The translations under genes and the position numbers were made by a program. The notes under the pieces were generated by a model that saw only the letters and a program-made list of their open reading frames with translations, made no database searches and was not told where the DNA came from. Below, one piece after another: positions 1 through 10,428 of a stretch of 47,035 nt of DNA (position 1 is its first letter; the number at the start of each line of letters is the position of its first letter). The DNA is from an archaeon (GTDB taxonomy: Archaea; Nanobdellota; Nanobdellia; SCGC-AAA011-G17; VGLX01): positions 1 through 47,035 of the forward strand of contig JBDRNX010000022.1 of NCBI GenBank assembly GCA_043810595.1, read 5' to 3'.

Positions 1-225
1 AACAACTGCGAATTCTACCCCTGCCCGGAACTACCGCCAGCAACCCAACCACCACCCGGAGCGCAATACTGCGATGCAACAATAAAATGCTCCGAGGGCA
101 TGGAATGCTATGACTTCCCGGACCAAGACAAACCAATATGCTACCCGGGAGATCCCTGCAACTGGTGCCCAACTGGCAAATGCATCCTGCTAGAATCTTA
201 TCCCCCACAAGTCAGATGCGAATGA
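1..225 (+). CDS. C-terminal part of a Cys-rich, probably extracellular protein (5' truncated)
   Basis: Frame 1 is open from base 1 to TGA at 223-225: NNCEFYPCPELPPATQPPPGAQYCDATIKC...CPTGKCILLESYPPQVRCE. Pro-rich linker plus Cys clusters. Not in the ORF track because there is no start codon. Confidence 0.75.
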   Translation, partial: NNCEFYPCPELPPATQPPPGAQYCDATIKCSEGMECYDFPDQDKPICYPGDPCNWCPTGKCILLESYPPQVRCE

Positions 226-270
226 ATTCTCTAGGTAAAAATTTATAAACTAACGGGGAATAAAAAGAAT

Positions 271-1074
271 ATGGACGGGAAAGTAATTGATATTCTGAAA
301 AAATTCACCAGACACGATCATATAAGAATAACAGACAGGGGAAACTCTGCCATATTCGTAGCCATGCACATAGCCAAAAAAATGAACCCCAAAAAATACA
401 TACTCATACCAGACCAGGGCGGCTGGCTGTCGTACAGAACATACCCCAAAATGATGAACTTCCCGATAAGGGAAGTGCCAACAGACAGAGGAATAATAAG
501 GCTGGACAAACTAAGGAAATACACAAAGAAAGGATCGGCACTCATACTATCATCATTCGCAGGCTACTTTGCAGAACAACCCATGGAGGACATAGCAAAG
601 ATATGCCAAGAAAAGAAATGCCTGCTGATAGAAGACGCCTGCGGCTCCATAGGAGACAAAAAACTCTGCAACGGACAGATAAGCGACATAATAATAGGCA
701 GCTTCGGAAGATGGAAACCGATCAACTTAGGGTATGGCGGCTTCATATCGTGCAACAAAAAAGAATACTTCCAAAACGCAAAAGAACCTTTATCGCTGAT
801 AAAAGTGCATGACAAGTTTTATGAAGAAATAATACCATACCTGAACACGAGAAGGCTATACAAGCTGATGAGGCTTGCAGAACAGGTCAAGGAAGATTTA
901 TCAAAATACCAGATATTCCACAAAGACAAAAGGGGGCTGAACGTGATAACAGAGTTCAAAAACGAAATAATGAAATACTGCGAAGAGAAAAAATACCCCT
1001 ACATCTTATGCCCAACGTACATAAGAGTCAATGAAAAAGCAATATCCATAGAACTCAAGAGGCTGGAAGTATGA
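271..1074 (+). CDS. PLP-dependent DegT/DnrJ/EryC1/StrS-like aminotransferase family protein
   Basis: IEDACGSIG (PLP-binding Asp) and GSFGRWKPINLGYGG (Schiff-base Lys motif). TATA-like tttataaa at about 242-249. Confidence 0.75.
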   Translation: MDGKVIDILKKFTRHDHIRITDRGNSAIFVAMHIAKKMNPKKYILIPDQGGWLSYRTYPKMMNFPIREVPTDRGIIRLDKLRKYTKKGSALILSSFAGYFAEQPMEDIAKICQEKKCLLIEDACGSIGDKKLCNGQISDIIIGSFGRWKPINLGYGGFISCNKKEYFQNAKEPLSLIKVHDKFYEEIIPYLNTRRLYKLMRLAEQVKEDLSKYQIFHKDKRGLNVITEFKNEIMKYCEEKKYPYILCPTYIRVNEKAISIELKRLEV

Positions 1075-1739
1075 ACTACATCAAAAAAATATTCGAAAAC
1101 AAAATAGATGAAGCGGTACACCAAAGACTGGTCAGGTATTGTAAAGGGGAATACGAACGCGCGATAATGGAAGTAAAGAATGGAAAAAGCATAAAGGTGA
1201 AAGGAACGTTCGACTGGTGCAACGACCTCTTTGGAACCATAGCCGAAAACATAAAAGAAGAAGCAGAAGTGGAGGGAAGCCTGATTGCAGCAAGAGGTTT
1301 TGAAAACGAATTCGAGTTCACAAGCTACAAGAAAAAGAAAGGTGCAAACACAGGAGAGATAGAAGCAACACTAAAACCTGAACAGATGAGAGAAATGTAC
1401 GAGAAATTCAAGGACAACTTCATACTACTAAATATCGAATCAGGCAGCTTTTCCCTGAAAGTGGGGAAGAAACTGCCAAAACCAGGGGGGAAGGTAAAAG
1501 AAGGCTTCTGCAAAGCAACACTGCCAAAAGAGCTACTGAACGAGTTTGTTTGGGAGACAAAAGACTTCTCAAATGCAAAAATAAGACACATATTCATAAT
1601 AAATGAACTGATAGTGCCAAAAGAATACGAAAACGATTATGCACAAGCAAGAATAATGGCAAAAAGAAAAGGAATTCTAAAAAGAATACTAGAGCTTGAC
1701 GGAAAAATAATAGAGAAAGAGACAGAACTTACAGCTTAG
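1071..1739 (+). CDS. conserved hypothetical protein (222 aa)
   Basis: ATGA overlap with the upstream gene; typical plus-strand codon usage; no recognised motif. Confidence 0.8.
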   Translation: MNYIKKIFENKIDEAVHQRLVRYCKGEYERAIMEVKNGKSIKVKGTFDWCNDLFGTIAENIKEEAEVEGSLIAARGFENEFEFTSYKKKKGANTGEIEATLKPEQMREMYEKFKDNFILLNIESGSFSLKVGKKLPKPGGKVKEGFCKATLPKELLNEFVWETKDFSNAKIRHIFIINELIVPKEYENDYAQARIMAKRKGILKRILELDGKIIEKETELTA

Positions 1740-2125
1740 TAAGAAGCGTTATCAATCAGACCCCTAAGATACTCAGCCCTCTTGGGATCCTTAAAACTTT
1801 CCCTCTCTATATCCTCATAGGGAATACCCTTCATAATCTCTTCTTTATCCGTAACAAACAACAACTTCGGAGCATCATACTTACCTTCCCCAAGGTTCCT
1901 CCTAAAGAAAACAAAATACCTCCTCAGCGTAACCTGAGACTTCTCCACAGGAATACTCTTAGCATCGCTCACAGCAAAAACTATGTCTGGCCTGCGATCG
2001 CCGTCAACATCCACCATATTCTCAAGAATGCTTTTGGGTTCAGGCTTAGAGAAAAGTAAGGAATTAACGTCGCAACCATAACCAAAAGCAGCCGTGAGCA
2101 AAACCACAGCTAATGTTCTTTTCAT
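1736..2125 (-). CDS. small secreted or lipoprotein-like protein with one DxDGD Ca-binding-type motif
   Basis: Start moved to the ATG at 2125. MKRTLAVVLLTAAFGYGC is a signal peptide ending in Cys; DVDGDRRPDIV is FG-GAP/VCBS-like. Confidence 0.6.
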   Translation of the reverse strand: MKRTLAVVLLTAAFGYGCDVNSLLFSKPEPKSILENMVDVDGDRRPDIVFAVSDAKSIPVEKSQVTLRRYFVFFRRNLGEGKYDAPKLLFVTDKEEIMKGIPYEDIERESFKDPKRAEYLRGLIDNASY

Positions 2126-2203
2126 GAGGAGCTTGAATAACACTATGTTTATTTAAGGTTTTATGTAGGGAAATAACTATAAAACAAACAAAAAATTAAA
2201 GAG

Positions 2204-2413
2204 TTATGCACGAGCAGCTTCCTTAACGTCAGCCTTCTTAACAGTCTTCCTACCTGAGTGCTTAGCCAGCCTTGCCGCCTTATCACCAATCTTTTCAGCT
2301 TCTTCCTCAAGAACCTCACGCAGAGCTTCCTTGGCGTCAGCAGAAACTCTGGGAGCGCCAGCCTTCTTAAGAAGCTTTTCCATAGCCGCCAGAGGCAAAA
2401 TAGCCTTAGTCAT
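2204..2413 (-). CDS. archaeal histone (HMf/HPhA family)
   Basis: LPLAAMEKLLKKAGAPRVS...A(K)HSGRKTVKKADV histone-fold signature. ATG at 2413 has a GGGGG SD-like sequence upstream. Confidence 0.95.
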   Translation of the reverse strand: MTKAILPLAAMEKLLKKAGAPRVSADAKEALREVLEEEAEKIGDKAARLAKHSGRKTVKKADVKEAARA

Positions 2414-2608
2414 TTTCAAAAACCCCCTTAAAACTTAAAATAATGAACAGAAATGAAAAACAAGGGAAATATATAAATTTTTCTATCAACAAAAAAGAAA
2501 ATCATAAAGGATTATAAAAAAGAGGGCAGAAAAAACGAGATTTTCAAGGATTAATCCTTTGAATCGTCAGATTCGTCAGAAGAACCCTTGTGAGCAGGCT
2601 TGATATAC

Positions 2609-3040
2609 CTAGGGGGCAGTGAAAGCAACCTCGTGATAAAGCCTAGGCAAACTTGGAAGGATAGACTCTATGAAATGACGATACGAAACAACCTGGTCAC
2701 CTTCCTTGCTGAGCTTTAAAGTGAGCGTGTTTTCATTAAGGATGAAGTTTTTCAGGACCTGACGATGACGATCCTTATCAGTCGGAAGAAACTCCACAGT
2801 AGGCTTTTCTTTTTCAACCCTAGTCCTTATCTTCTCTTCAAGCTTTTCTTGATTAGAAAAAAGAATGGTGTGGGGAAGCAAGATGTAAGGCGTGTTGAAC
2901 CCAAACTTCGGTTCTTTCAGAAGAAGTCTTGAAAGAGAGCTTGGAAGGATGAACTTAGCATCCTTAGCTTTATAGATACTCCAAAATTTTTTTTTAGTAA
3001 TACCAAAAATAGCCTTTGCATGTTCATCAGTGTATATCAT
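2609..3040 (-). CDS. hypothetical protein (143 aa)
   Basis: GGAG SD-like sequence upstream of the ATG, minus-strand TATA-like box at about 3099-3107; fills the gap between genes; no motif recognised. Confidence 0.55.
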   Translation of the reverse strand: MIYTDEHAKAIFGITKKKFWSIYKAKDAKFILPSSLSRLLLKEPKFGFNTPYILLPHTILFSNQEKLEEKIRTRVEKEKPTVEFLPTDKDRHRQVLKNFILNENTLTLKLSKEGDQVVSYRHFIESILPSLPRLYHEVAFTAP

Positions 3041-3203
3041 TTTAACACTCCTAATTTTTCATAAAGAACACCCCTACCGCTTTTAAGTATGGGGGGGGAT
3101 TTAAAAAGGTTTCTATTTACCCATTGATGTTGCGCTAATTTGGGTTTCTTGCAATTAAAAATGAGAATTTATAAAAAAACATGCTGCAAAAGTTAACCCA
3201 CAC

Positions 3204-3218
3204 CGCAAACTTTATAAA
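3204..3218 (+). promoter_or_regulatory. BRE/TATA promoter of the ribosomal protein superoperon
   Basis: cgcaaac-TTTATAAA about 150 nt upstream of the rpl3 ATG. Confidence 0.6.
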
Positions 3219-3258
3219 TCCCCCAAAACGATTAAAAAAATACCCTACTGATAAATCA

Positions 3259-3356
3259 AAATGAATTTGGCTAAAATTCATTTAATACAGCCGCTGATTC
3301 TAAAAGGCGAGTGCAGATTGATGTCTTTAATCTGCTGGTTCATGAAGAACCATGTA
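3259..3356 (+). promoter_or_regulatory. structured 5' leader of the rpl3 operon (candidate r-leader)
   Basis: Stems aaatgaattt/aaattcattt (3259-3283), gcagattga/ttaatctgc (3313-3335) and tggttc/gaacca (3336-3352); possible closing stem taca/tgta (3286-3289/3353-3356). Confidence 0.5.
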
Positions 3357-3366
3357 AGCAAGAAAA

Positions 3367-4329
3367 ATGCCAGACATACATTCACCAAGAAAAGGAAGCA
3401 TGCAGTTCTGGCCGAGAAAGAGAGCCAGACGAGGTTACGCTAGAATAAAATCTAAACCAAAAACAAAAGACGTAAAACTAGTCGGATTTGCAGGATACAA
3501 AGCAGGGATGACACACATAATGATAGAAGACACAAGACCAACGTCGATGACAAAAAACGAAACCATAACATGGCCGGCAACAGTAATAGAATGCCCACCG
3601 ATGAAAGTACACTCAATAAGATTATACAAAAACACAACAAATGGATTAAAACTAACTTCTGAATTATTCTCAAAAACATACACAAAAGAATTCTCAAGAA
3701 AAGTGAAACCAAGCAAAAAAGAGGGGAAAGAAGAAGAATTCGATGAAATAAGAGCTGCTGTATACACACAGCCAAAAAACATCAAACTCAAGAAAAAACC
3801 AGAACTCTTCGAACTGATAGTAGGCGGACAAGACAAAAAACAAAAGTTAGACTACTCAAAAAGCCTCTTAGACAAAGAAATAAGAATAAACGACATATTC
3901 AAACCCGGACAATTCCTGGACTTACACGCAATAACAAGAGGAAAAGGATTCCAAGGAACAGTAAAAAGACACGGGGTAAGGATAAGACAACACAAAGCAG
4001 AAAAAACAAAGAGAGGGATAGCAACCCTGGGAAGCTGGAAACCAAAAAGGGTGGACTTCAGGGTAGCACAAGCAGGAAAAATGGGATTCAACCAAAGGAC
4101 AGAATACAACAAACTACTCCTAAAAATAGGGAAAGAAGTCAAAGAAATAAACCCGAAAGGAGGCTTCAAAAAATATGGAATAATAAAAGATGACTACATA
4201 CTCATAAAAGGCTCAGTAGCAGGACCACAAAAAAGACTCGTAATAATGACGGAACCATCAAGACCAAAACTGAGCCCGCAACAACTAGAAATAAGCTACA
4301 CAAGCCTGGAAAGCAAACAAGGCAAATGA
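3367..4329 (+). CDS. rpl3: 50S ribosomal protein uL3
   Basis: HSPRKGSMQFWPRKRA, FAGYKAGMTH, TRGKGFQG, AGKMGFNQRTEYNK. Confidence 0.98.
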   Translation: MPDIHSPRKGSMQFWPRKRARRGYARIKSKPKTKDVKLVGFAGYKAGMTHIMIEDTRPTSMTKNETITWPATVIECPPMKVHSIRLYKNTTNGLKLTSELFSKTYTKEFSRKVKPSKKEGKEEEFDEIRAAVYTQPKNIKLKKKPELFELIVGGQDKKQKLDYSKSLLDKEIRINDIFKPGQFLDLHAITRGKGFQGTVKRHGVRIRQHKAEKTKRGIATLGSWKPKRVDFRVAQAGKMGFNQRTEYNKLLLKIGKEVKEINPKGGFKKYGIIKDDYILIKGSVAGPQKRLVIMTEPSRPKLSPQQLEISYTSLESKQGK

Positions 4330-5180
4330 AAGCAGAAATAAAAAACCTGGAAGGAGAAAAAACAAAAACCATAGAACTGCCAAAACAGTTCGAAGAAGAG
4401 TACAGAGAAGACTTGATAAGAAAAGCAGTCCAGGTAATACAAAGCCACAAAAGACAACCATACGGAAGTAAATACGATGCGGGAAAAAGAGCATCAGCCG
4501 TGGTGTCAAGAAGAAGAAGGGCCTACAGAACATCATACGGACACGGAATATCAAGAGTTCCGAGAAAAGTAATGACAAAACGGGGAAGACAACTCTTCTG
4601 GGTAGGAGCATTCGCGCCTGGAACAGTAGGCGGAAGAAGAGCGCACCCACCAAAATCAACCAAAGAATGGGAACTGAAGATTAATGTCAAGGAAAGAAGA
4701 AAAGCAATCAGAAGCGCAATAGCAGCAACAGCAAACAAGGAAATAGTAACAAGAAGAGGGCACAGAACAAAGGAAGCGCCAATTATAATCACAAATGAAA
4801 TAGAACAAATCAAAAAAACAAAAGAACTGAGAAAAATACTAGAAAAGATAGGGCTGAAAGAAGAACTCAAAAGGATAGAGCAAAAGAAGATAAGGCCTGG
4901 CAAAGGAAAAAACAGAGGGAGGAAATACAAAATAAAAAAAGGACCACTCATAGTAACAGGGGGAAAATGCGAACTCGAAAAGGCTGCAAGGAACATACAG
5001 GGAATGGATATAACAGAAGTGAAATCGCTAAATGTAGAACTACTAGCACCCGGCACACAACCTGGAAGACTGACAATCTACACAGAAAAAGCCATAGAAC
5101 AACTACAGAAAGAAAACCTGTTTTTTGAAAAACCGCAGATAGAAGTAAAAATAGAAGCTCCAAAGAGGAGTAAGAAATGA
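4326..5180 (+). CDS. rpl4: 50S ribosomal protein uL4
   Basis: RQPYG, GHGISRVPR, GAFAPGTVGGRRAHPPK, LLAPGTQPGRLTIYT. Confidence 0.98.
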   Translation: MKAEIKNLEGEKTKTIELPKQFEEEYREDLIRKAVQVIQSHKRQPYGSKYDAGKRASAVVSRRRRAYRTSYGHGISRVPRKVMTKRGRQLFWVGAFAPGTVGGRRAHPPKSTKEWELKINVKERRKAIRSAIAATANKEIVTRRGHRTKEAPIIITNEIEQIKKTKELRKILEKIGLKEELKRIEQKKIRPGKGKNRGRKYKIKKGPLIVTGGKCELEKAARNIQGMDITEVKSLNVELLAPGTQPGRLTIYTEKAIEQLQKENLFFEKPQIEVKIEAPKRSKK

Positions 5181-5440
5181 AAGACCCGTACACGATCATA
5201 AAACACCCGATAGCCACGGAAAAAGCAGTAAGGCTGATGGAAGCAGAAAACAAGCTCGTGTTCATGGTAGACCTGAAAACAAACAAAACTGAAATCAAGA
5301 AAGCCATAGAACAAATATTCAAAGCAAAAGTACTCAAAGTAACTACCATGATAACATCAGAAGGAAAAAAGAAAGCATACGTAAAACTATCGCCGGAAAC
5401 CCCGGCGATAGACATAGCAACACAGATGGGGATAATGTAA
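5177..5440 (+). CDS. rpl23: 50S ribosomal protein uL23
   Basis: IIKHPIATEKA...NKLVFMVD...KKAYVKL; operon position. Confidence 0.97.
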   Translation: MKDPYTIIKHPIATEKAVRLMEAENKLVFMVDLKTNKTEIKKAIEQIFKAKVLKVTTMITSEGKKKAYVKLSPETPAIDIATQMGIM

Positions 5441-5441
5441 G

Positions 5442-6167
<726 letters not shown>

Positions 6168-6168
6168 A

Positions 6169-6567
6169 ATGGTACAGAAAGAACTCACATATAGGGGAAA
6201 AACAGCCAAGGAATTGGAAAGAATGACAACAGAAGAATTCATGAAATTAGTTCCTGCGAGACAAAGAAGAAGCCTCAAAAGAGGATTCACGACAGCACAA
6301 AAAAGACTGCTCGAAAAGATAAGAAAAGCAAAACAAGGGATATGGAAGAAACCAATCAAAACACAATGCAGAAACATGATCATAATACCGGAAATGTTAG
6401 GAGTTACGATACACATACATAGGGGAAGGGATTATGTTCCGGTAGCAATCACACAAGAAATGCTCGGACATTATTTGAGCGAGATGACCCTGACAAGACA
6501 AAAGGTAACACACTCAGCTCCGGGAATAGGCGCAACAAAATCAAGCGCAGCAATATCCGTAAAGTAA
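6169..6567 (+). CDS. rps19: 30S ribosomal protein uS19
   Basis: PARQRRSLKRG, EMLGHYLSE, HSAPGIGATKSS. Confidence 0.97.
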   Translation: MVQKELTYRGKTAKELERMTTEEFMKLVPARQRRSLKRGFTTAQKRLLEKIRKAKQGIWKKPIKTQCRNMIIIPEMLGVTIHIHRGRDYVPVAITQEMLGHYLSEMTLTRQKVTHSAPGIGATKSSAAISVK

Positions 6568-6568
6568 G

Positions 6569-7075
6569 ATGACAAACGAAAACCAAGCAAAAGTAGTTGG
6601 AAGGAACCTGCAAATATCAACAAAGCAGACCATCGAAATAGCCAACCACATAAGAGGAAAGAACCTGATGAAAGCAAAAGATATACTGACAAAAGTGATA
6701 GCACAAAAACAAGCAGTACCCTACAGAAGATTCAACATGGACACGGGGCACAGAAAAGGAAAAATCGGAGCCGGAAGATACCCTATAAAGGCTTCAAAAG
6801 AAATACTGATGCTGCTTGAATCATTAGAGGCAAACGCACAGAACAAGGGACTAGACATGGACTCTTTGTACATAAAAATAATAATACCAAACGTAGGACC
6901 GACATCGTGGCGCTACGGAAGACACAGAAGAAGACAAGCAAAGAGAACCCACCTTGAAATAATCGCAGAAGAAAAAGAAGAAGACAAGAAAAAGAGAAGA
7001 GCAGAAAAGAAAGAGAAACCAAAAGAAGAAGCTAAAGAAACAAAAACCGAAGAGAAAAAGGAAGAGGAAAAATGA
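6569..7075 (+). CDS. rpl22: 50S ribosomal protein uL22 with Lys/Glu-rich C-terminal tail
   Basis: AVPYRRFN..GHRKG...GRYPIKAS...ANAQNKGLD. Confidence 0.97.
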   Translation: MTNENQAKVVGRNLQISTKQTIEIANHIRGKNLMKAKDILTKVIAQKQAVPYRRFNMDTGHRKGKIGAGRYPIKASKEILMLLESLEANAQNKGLDMDSLYIKIIIPNVGPTSWRYGRHRRRQAKRTHLEIIAEEKEEDKKKRRAEKKEKPKEEAKETKTEEKKEEEK

Positions 7076-7815
7076 TCGAGAGAAAATTCGTGGCACAAAA
7101 ACTGAAGGAAAGACAAGTACAAGAATACGTAGCACAGAGCCTGATGAAGGCAGGCCACTGCAAAGTTGAAATAAAAAGAACGCCGATGGGAGAAAAAATA
7201 ATAGTTTACACAACAAGACCTGGACTCATAGTAGGGAGAAAAGGAGAGAACATAAAAAGACTAACACAAACGCTGAAAAAGAGATTCAATTTAGAGAACC
7301 CACAAATAGAAATCGGAGAAATAGACAACCCATTACTCGACGCGGGAGCGGTAGCAGACCAAATCGCTTACACCTTTGAAAGATTCGGACCAAAAAGATT
7401 CAAATTCATGGGCTACGACATGCTAACAAAAATCATAGGTGCCGGCGCGATAGGAGCAGAAATAGTAATAGGCGGAAGGGGCGTGCCTGGAAGCAGAGCA
7501 AAAAGCTGGAGATTCTCAGCAGGCTACCTGAAAAAATCAGGAAGCGTGGCAGAAGAACAAGTGGACAAAGCATCCGTCGTAGCTTTGCTGAAAACAGGGG
7601 CAATAGGAGTAAAAGTAATGATAATGCACCCAGACATATCACTACCAGACAGAATCAAACTCAAAGAAGACAAAAAAGTTCAGATAGAACAAATAAAAGA
7701 ACCAGTTGAAGAAGCGAAAGAAGAAGTAAAAGAAGAAAAACCCAAGAAAAAAGAAAGAAAACCGAGAAAAAAAGCAGAAAAGGTAAAGGAAAATGTCGAT
7801 AATAAAGAAGAATGA
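7072..7815 (+). CDS. rps3: 30S ribosomal protein uS3
   Basis: KH motif RPGLIVGRKGENIK; GYLKKSG; GAIGVKV. Confidence 0.97.
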   Translation: MIERKFVAQKLKERQVQEYVAQSLMKAGHCKVEIKRTPMGEKIIVYTTRPGLIVGRKGENIKRLTQTLKKRFNLENPQIEIGEIDNPLLDAGAVADQIAYTFERFGPKRFKFMGYDMLTKIIGAGAIGAEIVIGGRGVPGSRAKSWRFSAGYLKKSGSVAEEQVDKASVVALLKTGAIGVKVMIMHPDISLPDRIKLKEDKKVQIEQIKEPVEEAKEEVKEEKPKKKERKPRKKAEKVKENVDNKEE

Positions 7816-8020
7816 ATTCACAAAAATGACAGAACCTCAGCTGAAGGACAAGTTAACAGAACTGAGAAAGGAGCTGATGAAAATACACACACAAAAATCC
7901 AGCGGAGCAGCACTTGAAAACCCTGGAAAACCAAAAGCAATCAAAAAAACCATCGCAAGAATAATCATGTTACTTAATGAGAAATCAAAACCAACCAAGG
8001 AGGAAATGAAAAAGATATGA
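7793..8020 (+). CDS. rpl29: 50S ribosomal protein uL29
   Basis: LTELRKEL...[16 protein letters not shown]; position after uS3. Confidence 0.93.
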   Translation: MSIIKKNEFTKMTEPQLKDKLTELRKELMKIHTQKSSGAALENPGKPKAIKKTIARIIMLLNEKSKPTKEEMKKI

Positions 8021-8325
8021 CCGACGTGTGTCCGAAATGCGGACTAAACAAAGAACTTTGCGTCTGTGAAACAATAGCTAAAAGGGAACAGCAAATACGA
8101 ATCAAGGTGCGAAAAATCAAATTTGGAAAGCTGGTCACGACGATAGAAGGACTCGACACAAAGGACATCGACATCAAAGACCTTGCGAAGAAACTAAAAA
8201 ACGCCCTGGCGTGCGGAGGCACAGCCAAAGAAGGGAAGATAGAACTGCAAGGAGACCACGCAAACAAAGCAAAACAAGCCCTGATCAGAATGGGCTTTTC
8301 AGCAGATGCGATAAAGACAAATTAA
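8017..8325 (+). CDS. translation initiation factor aIF1/SUI1
   Basis: [35 protein letters not shown]. Confidence 0.95.
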   Translation: MTDVCPKCGLNKELCVCETIAKREQQIRIKVRKIKFGKLVTTIEGLDTKDIDIKDLAKKLKNALACGGTAKEGKIELQGDHANKAKQALIRMGFSADAIKTN

Positions 8326-8329
8326 AAAT

Positions 8330-8599
8330 ATGAACCCAAAGGAAATAGCAAAACACGAGCTCATCGGGCTCGAAATAGAGATAGTAGAGTCGAAAAACAA
8401 GGCCCTAAAAGGGCTCAAAGGTAAAATAATCGACGAAACAAAAAACACGATAACGATACAAGACGACAAGGAAAAGAAAATCATGAAATCACAAATCATA
8501 ATGAAAACGAAAATAGGAAACAAGGAATATGAGATAGATGGAAGAATACTCGTTGGCAGGCCCGAGGACAGGATAAAGAAAACGAGGAAAATAAGATGA
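8330..8599 (+). CDS. rnp1: ribonuclease P protein subunit Rpp29 (Rnp1)
   Basis: HELIGLEIEIV...GKIIDETKNT...IDGRILVGRPEDRIK. Confidence 0.93.
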   Translation: MNPKEIAKHELIGLEIEIVESKNKALKGLKGKIIDETKNTITIQDDKEKKIMKSQIIMKTKIGNKEYEIDGRILVGRPEDRIKKTRKIR

Positions 8600-8934
8600 A
8601 AACCAAAAACATAGGAATACAAACAAACATGCCGAAGAAGGAATGCGAAGACAAACACTGCCCATACCACGGGAGGGTAAAAGTGAGAGGAAAAATATTC
8701 ACAGGAACGATCATAAAGATACCAACACACAGAACAGCGACGGTAGAATGGCCGAGACAGTTCTTCCTACCAAAATACGAGAGATTCGAAAAGAGAAGAA
8801 CGAGAATAAAAGTACATTTACCAGACTGCATAGAAGCGAAAGTGGGAGACAAGGTAAGACTCATAGAAACAAAACCGATAAGCAAAACCAAAAACTTTGT
8901 AATAATTGAGGTAATAGAACATGCAAGCGATTAA
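8596..8934 (+). CDS. rps17: 30S ribosomal protein uS17
   Basis: CEDKHCPYHG, PKYERFEKR, ETKPISKTKNF. Confidence 0.97.
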   Translation: MKTKNIGIQTNMPKKECEDKHCPYHGRVKVRGKIFTGTIIKIPTHRTATVEWPRQFFLPKYERFEKRRTRIKVHLPDCIEAKVGDKVRLIETKPISKTKNFVIIEVIEHASD

Positions 8935-9325
8935 AGCAAGAAAAACAAAGGGAGTCCAACACGGAACGAAAATAGAAACCTGCGATAATTCGGGAGCCAA
9001 GATAGTCAAGGTAATATCAATCAAAGGAGCAAAGACAGTAAAGAACAGAATCCCGTCAGGAGGAATAGCAGATTTAATGTTAGTTTCAGTGGTATCAGGA
9101 AGACCTGACATGAGAAAACAGGTAGTACCTGCAATCTTAGTGAGACAGAAAAAAGAGTACAGAAGACTTGACGGAATGAGAATAAAATTTGAAGATAATG
9201 CCGTCGTCATACTGAAAGATGACAAGACAGGAACCCCAAAAGGGACCATATTCAAAGGAGCAATTGCAAAAGAGGCTACATCAAGATGGCCAGGACTGGC
9301 AAAAGTAGCAAAGATAGTGGTGTAA
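8921..9325 (+). CDS. rpl14: 50S ribosomal protein uL14
   Basis: CDNSGAK, RQKKEYRR, KFEDNAVV, PKGT. Confidence 0.97.
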   Translation: MQAIKARKTKGVQHGTKIETCDNSGAKIVKVISIKGAKTVKNRIPSGGIADLMLVSVVSGRPDMRKQVVPAILVRQKKEYRRLDGMRIKFEDNAVVILKDDKTGTPKGTIFKGAIAKEATSRWPGLAKVAKIVV

Positions 9326-9326
9326 C

Positions 9327-9719
9327 ATGAAAAAATGGTCAGGATCGTGGAAAGGAAGCAAGAAAAGAAGAAAACAAATCAAATACGTGAAAAACGCGCC
9401 TTTACACATAAAAATAAAGTTCATGACAGCGCCCCTCTCAAAAGAATTGAGAAAGAAATACAACAGAAGAAACATAGGAGTGATAGAAGGGGACAAAGTG
9501 AAGATAATAAGAGGGCAATTCAAAAAAACATCAGGCAAAGTGGCAAAAGTGAATACAAAAAGACAGAGGATATACATAGAAGGAGCAGAGCTGGTGAAGA
9601 AAGACGGAAGCAAAACACAATACCCGATACACCCATCAAACGTAATGATCACAGAAATGAAGATAGAAGACAAAAAAAGAAAGAAAATACTAGACAGAAA
9701 AGCCAAAGGAGCAAAATAA
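9327..9719 (+). CDS. rpl24: 50S ribosomal protein uL24
   Basis: RKQ...APLH...LSKELRKKY, GDKVKIIRGQFK, PIHPSNVMI. Confidence 0.96.
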   Translation: MKKWSGSWKGSKKRRKQIKYVKNAPLHIKIKFMTAPLSKELRKKYNRRNIGVIEGDKVKIIRGQFKKTSGKVAKVNTKRQRIYIEGAELVKKDGSKTQYPIHPSNVMITEMKIEDKKRKKILDRKAKGAK

Positions 9720-9720
9720 A

Positions 9721-10428
9721 ATGGTAAAAAGACACCTCAAAAGACTGATGGCACCCAAAACGTGGCCCATAAAGAGAAAAGAACACAAATGGATAACAAG
9801 ACCAAACTCAGGACCACACCCACTGAAGAAGTGCCTGCCGCTTAACATAGTAATCAAGAACCTGCTGAAATATGCAAAAACATCAAGAGAAGTTAAACTC
9901 ATACTCAACCAAGGAAAAATCCTGATAAATAACGTAGCAAGAAAAGACCCAAAATTCCCTATAGGGCTGATGGACGTAATACAAGTACCAGAACTAAAGG
10001 GACAGTACAGGATTGTTTACAACCCACAAGGAAAACTAAAGCTGATAGCAATAAGCGCTGACGAAGCAAAGCTCAAACCATGTAAGATAGTCAACAAAAA
10101 AACACTCAAAGGGAAGAAAACACAACTAAACTTCAAGGACGGCAGCAACAGGATAGTGGACAAAGACAGCTACAAAGTAAATGATACACTGATAATAGAC
10201 CTGACAAAAGAAAAGAAAGACGGCATAAAGAAACACCTAAAATTCGAGAAAGGGGCAACAATATACCTGACCGACGGAAAACACGTAGGAACCACAGGAA
10301 TGATAGAGGAGATACAAAACACCTTCCAAAACCAAACAATCATATTCAAAACTGAAAAAGAGACGTACAAAACATCAAAAGATTTCGCACTCGTGATTGA
10401 TGAGAGCATAACAACAGGAGAGAAATGA
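9721..10428 (+). CDS. rps4e: 30S ribosomal protein eS4
   Basis: HLKRLMAPKTWPIKRK, PNSGPH, FPIGLMDVI, GKHVG. Confidence 0.97.
   Translation: MVKRHLKRLMAPKTWPIKRKEHKWITRPNSGPHPLKKCLPLNIVIKNLLKYAKTSREVKLILNQGKILINNVARKDPKFPIGLMDVIQVPELKGQYRIVYNPQGKLKLIAISADEAKLKPCKIVNKKTLKGKKTQLNFKDGSNRIVDKDSYKVNDTLIIDLTKEKKDGIKKHLKFEKGATIYLTDGKHVGTTGMIEEIQNTFQNQTIIFKTEKETYKTSKDFALVIDESITTGEK

Noticed and set aside
3261-3443. 60-aa ORF overlapping the rpl3 start
   Set aside because: It runs through the structured leader and out of frame into rpl3, with no SD and atypical codons; the RNA structure explains the region better.
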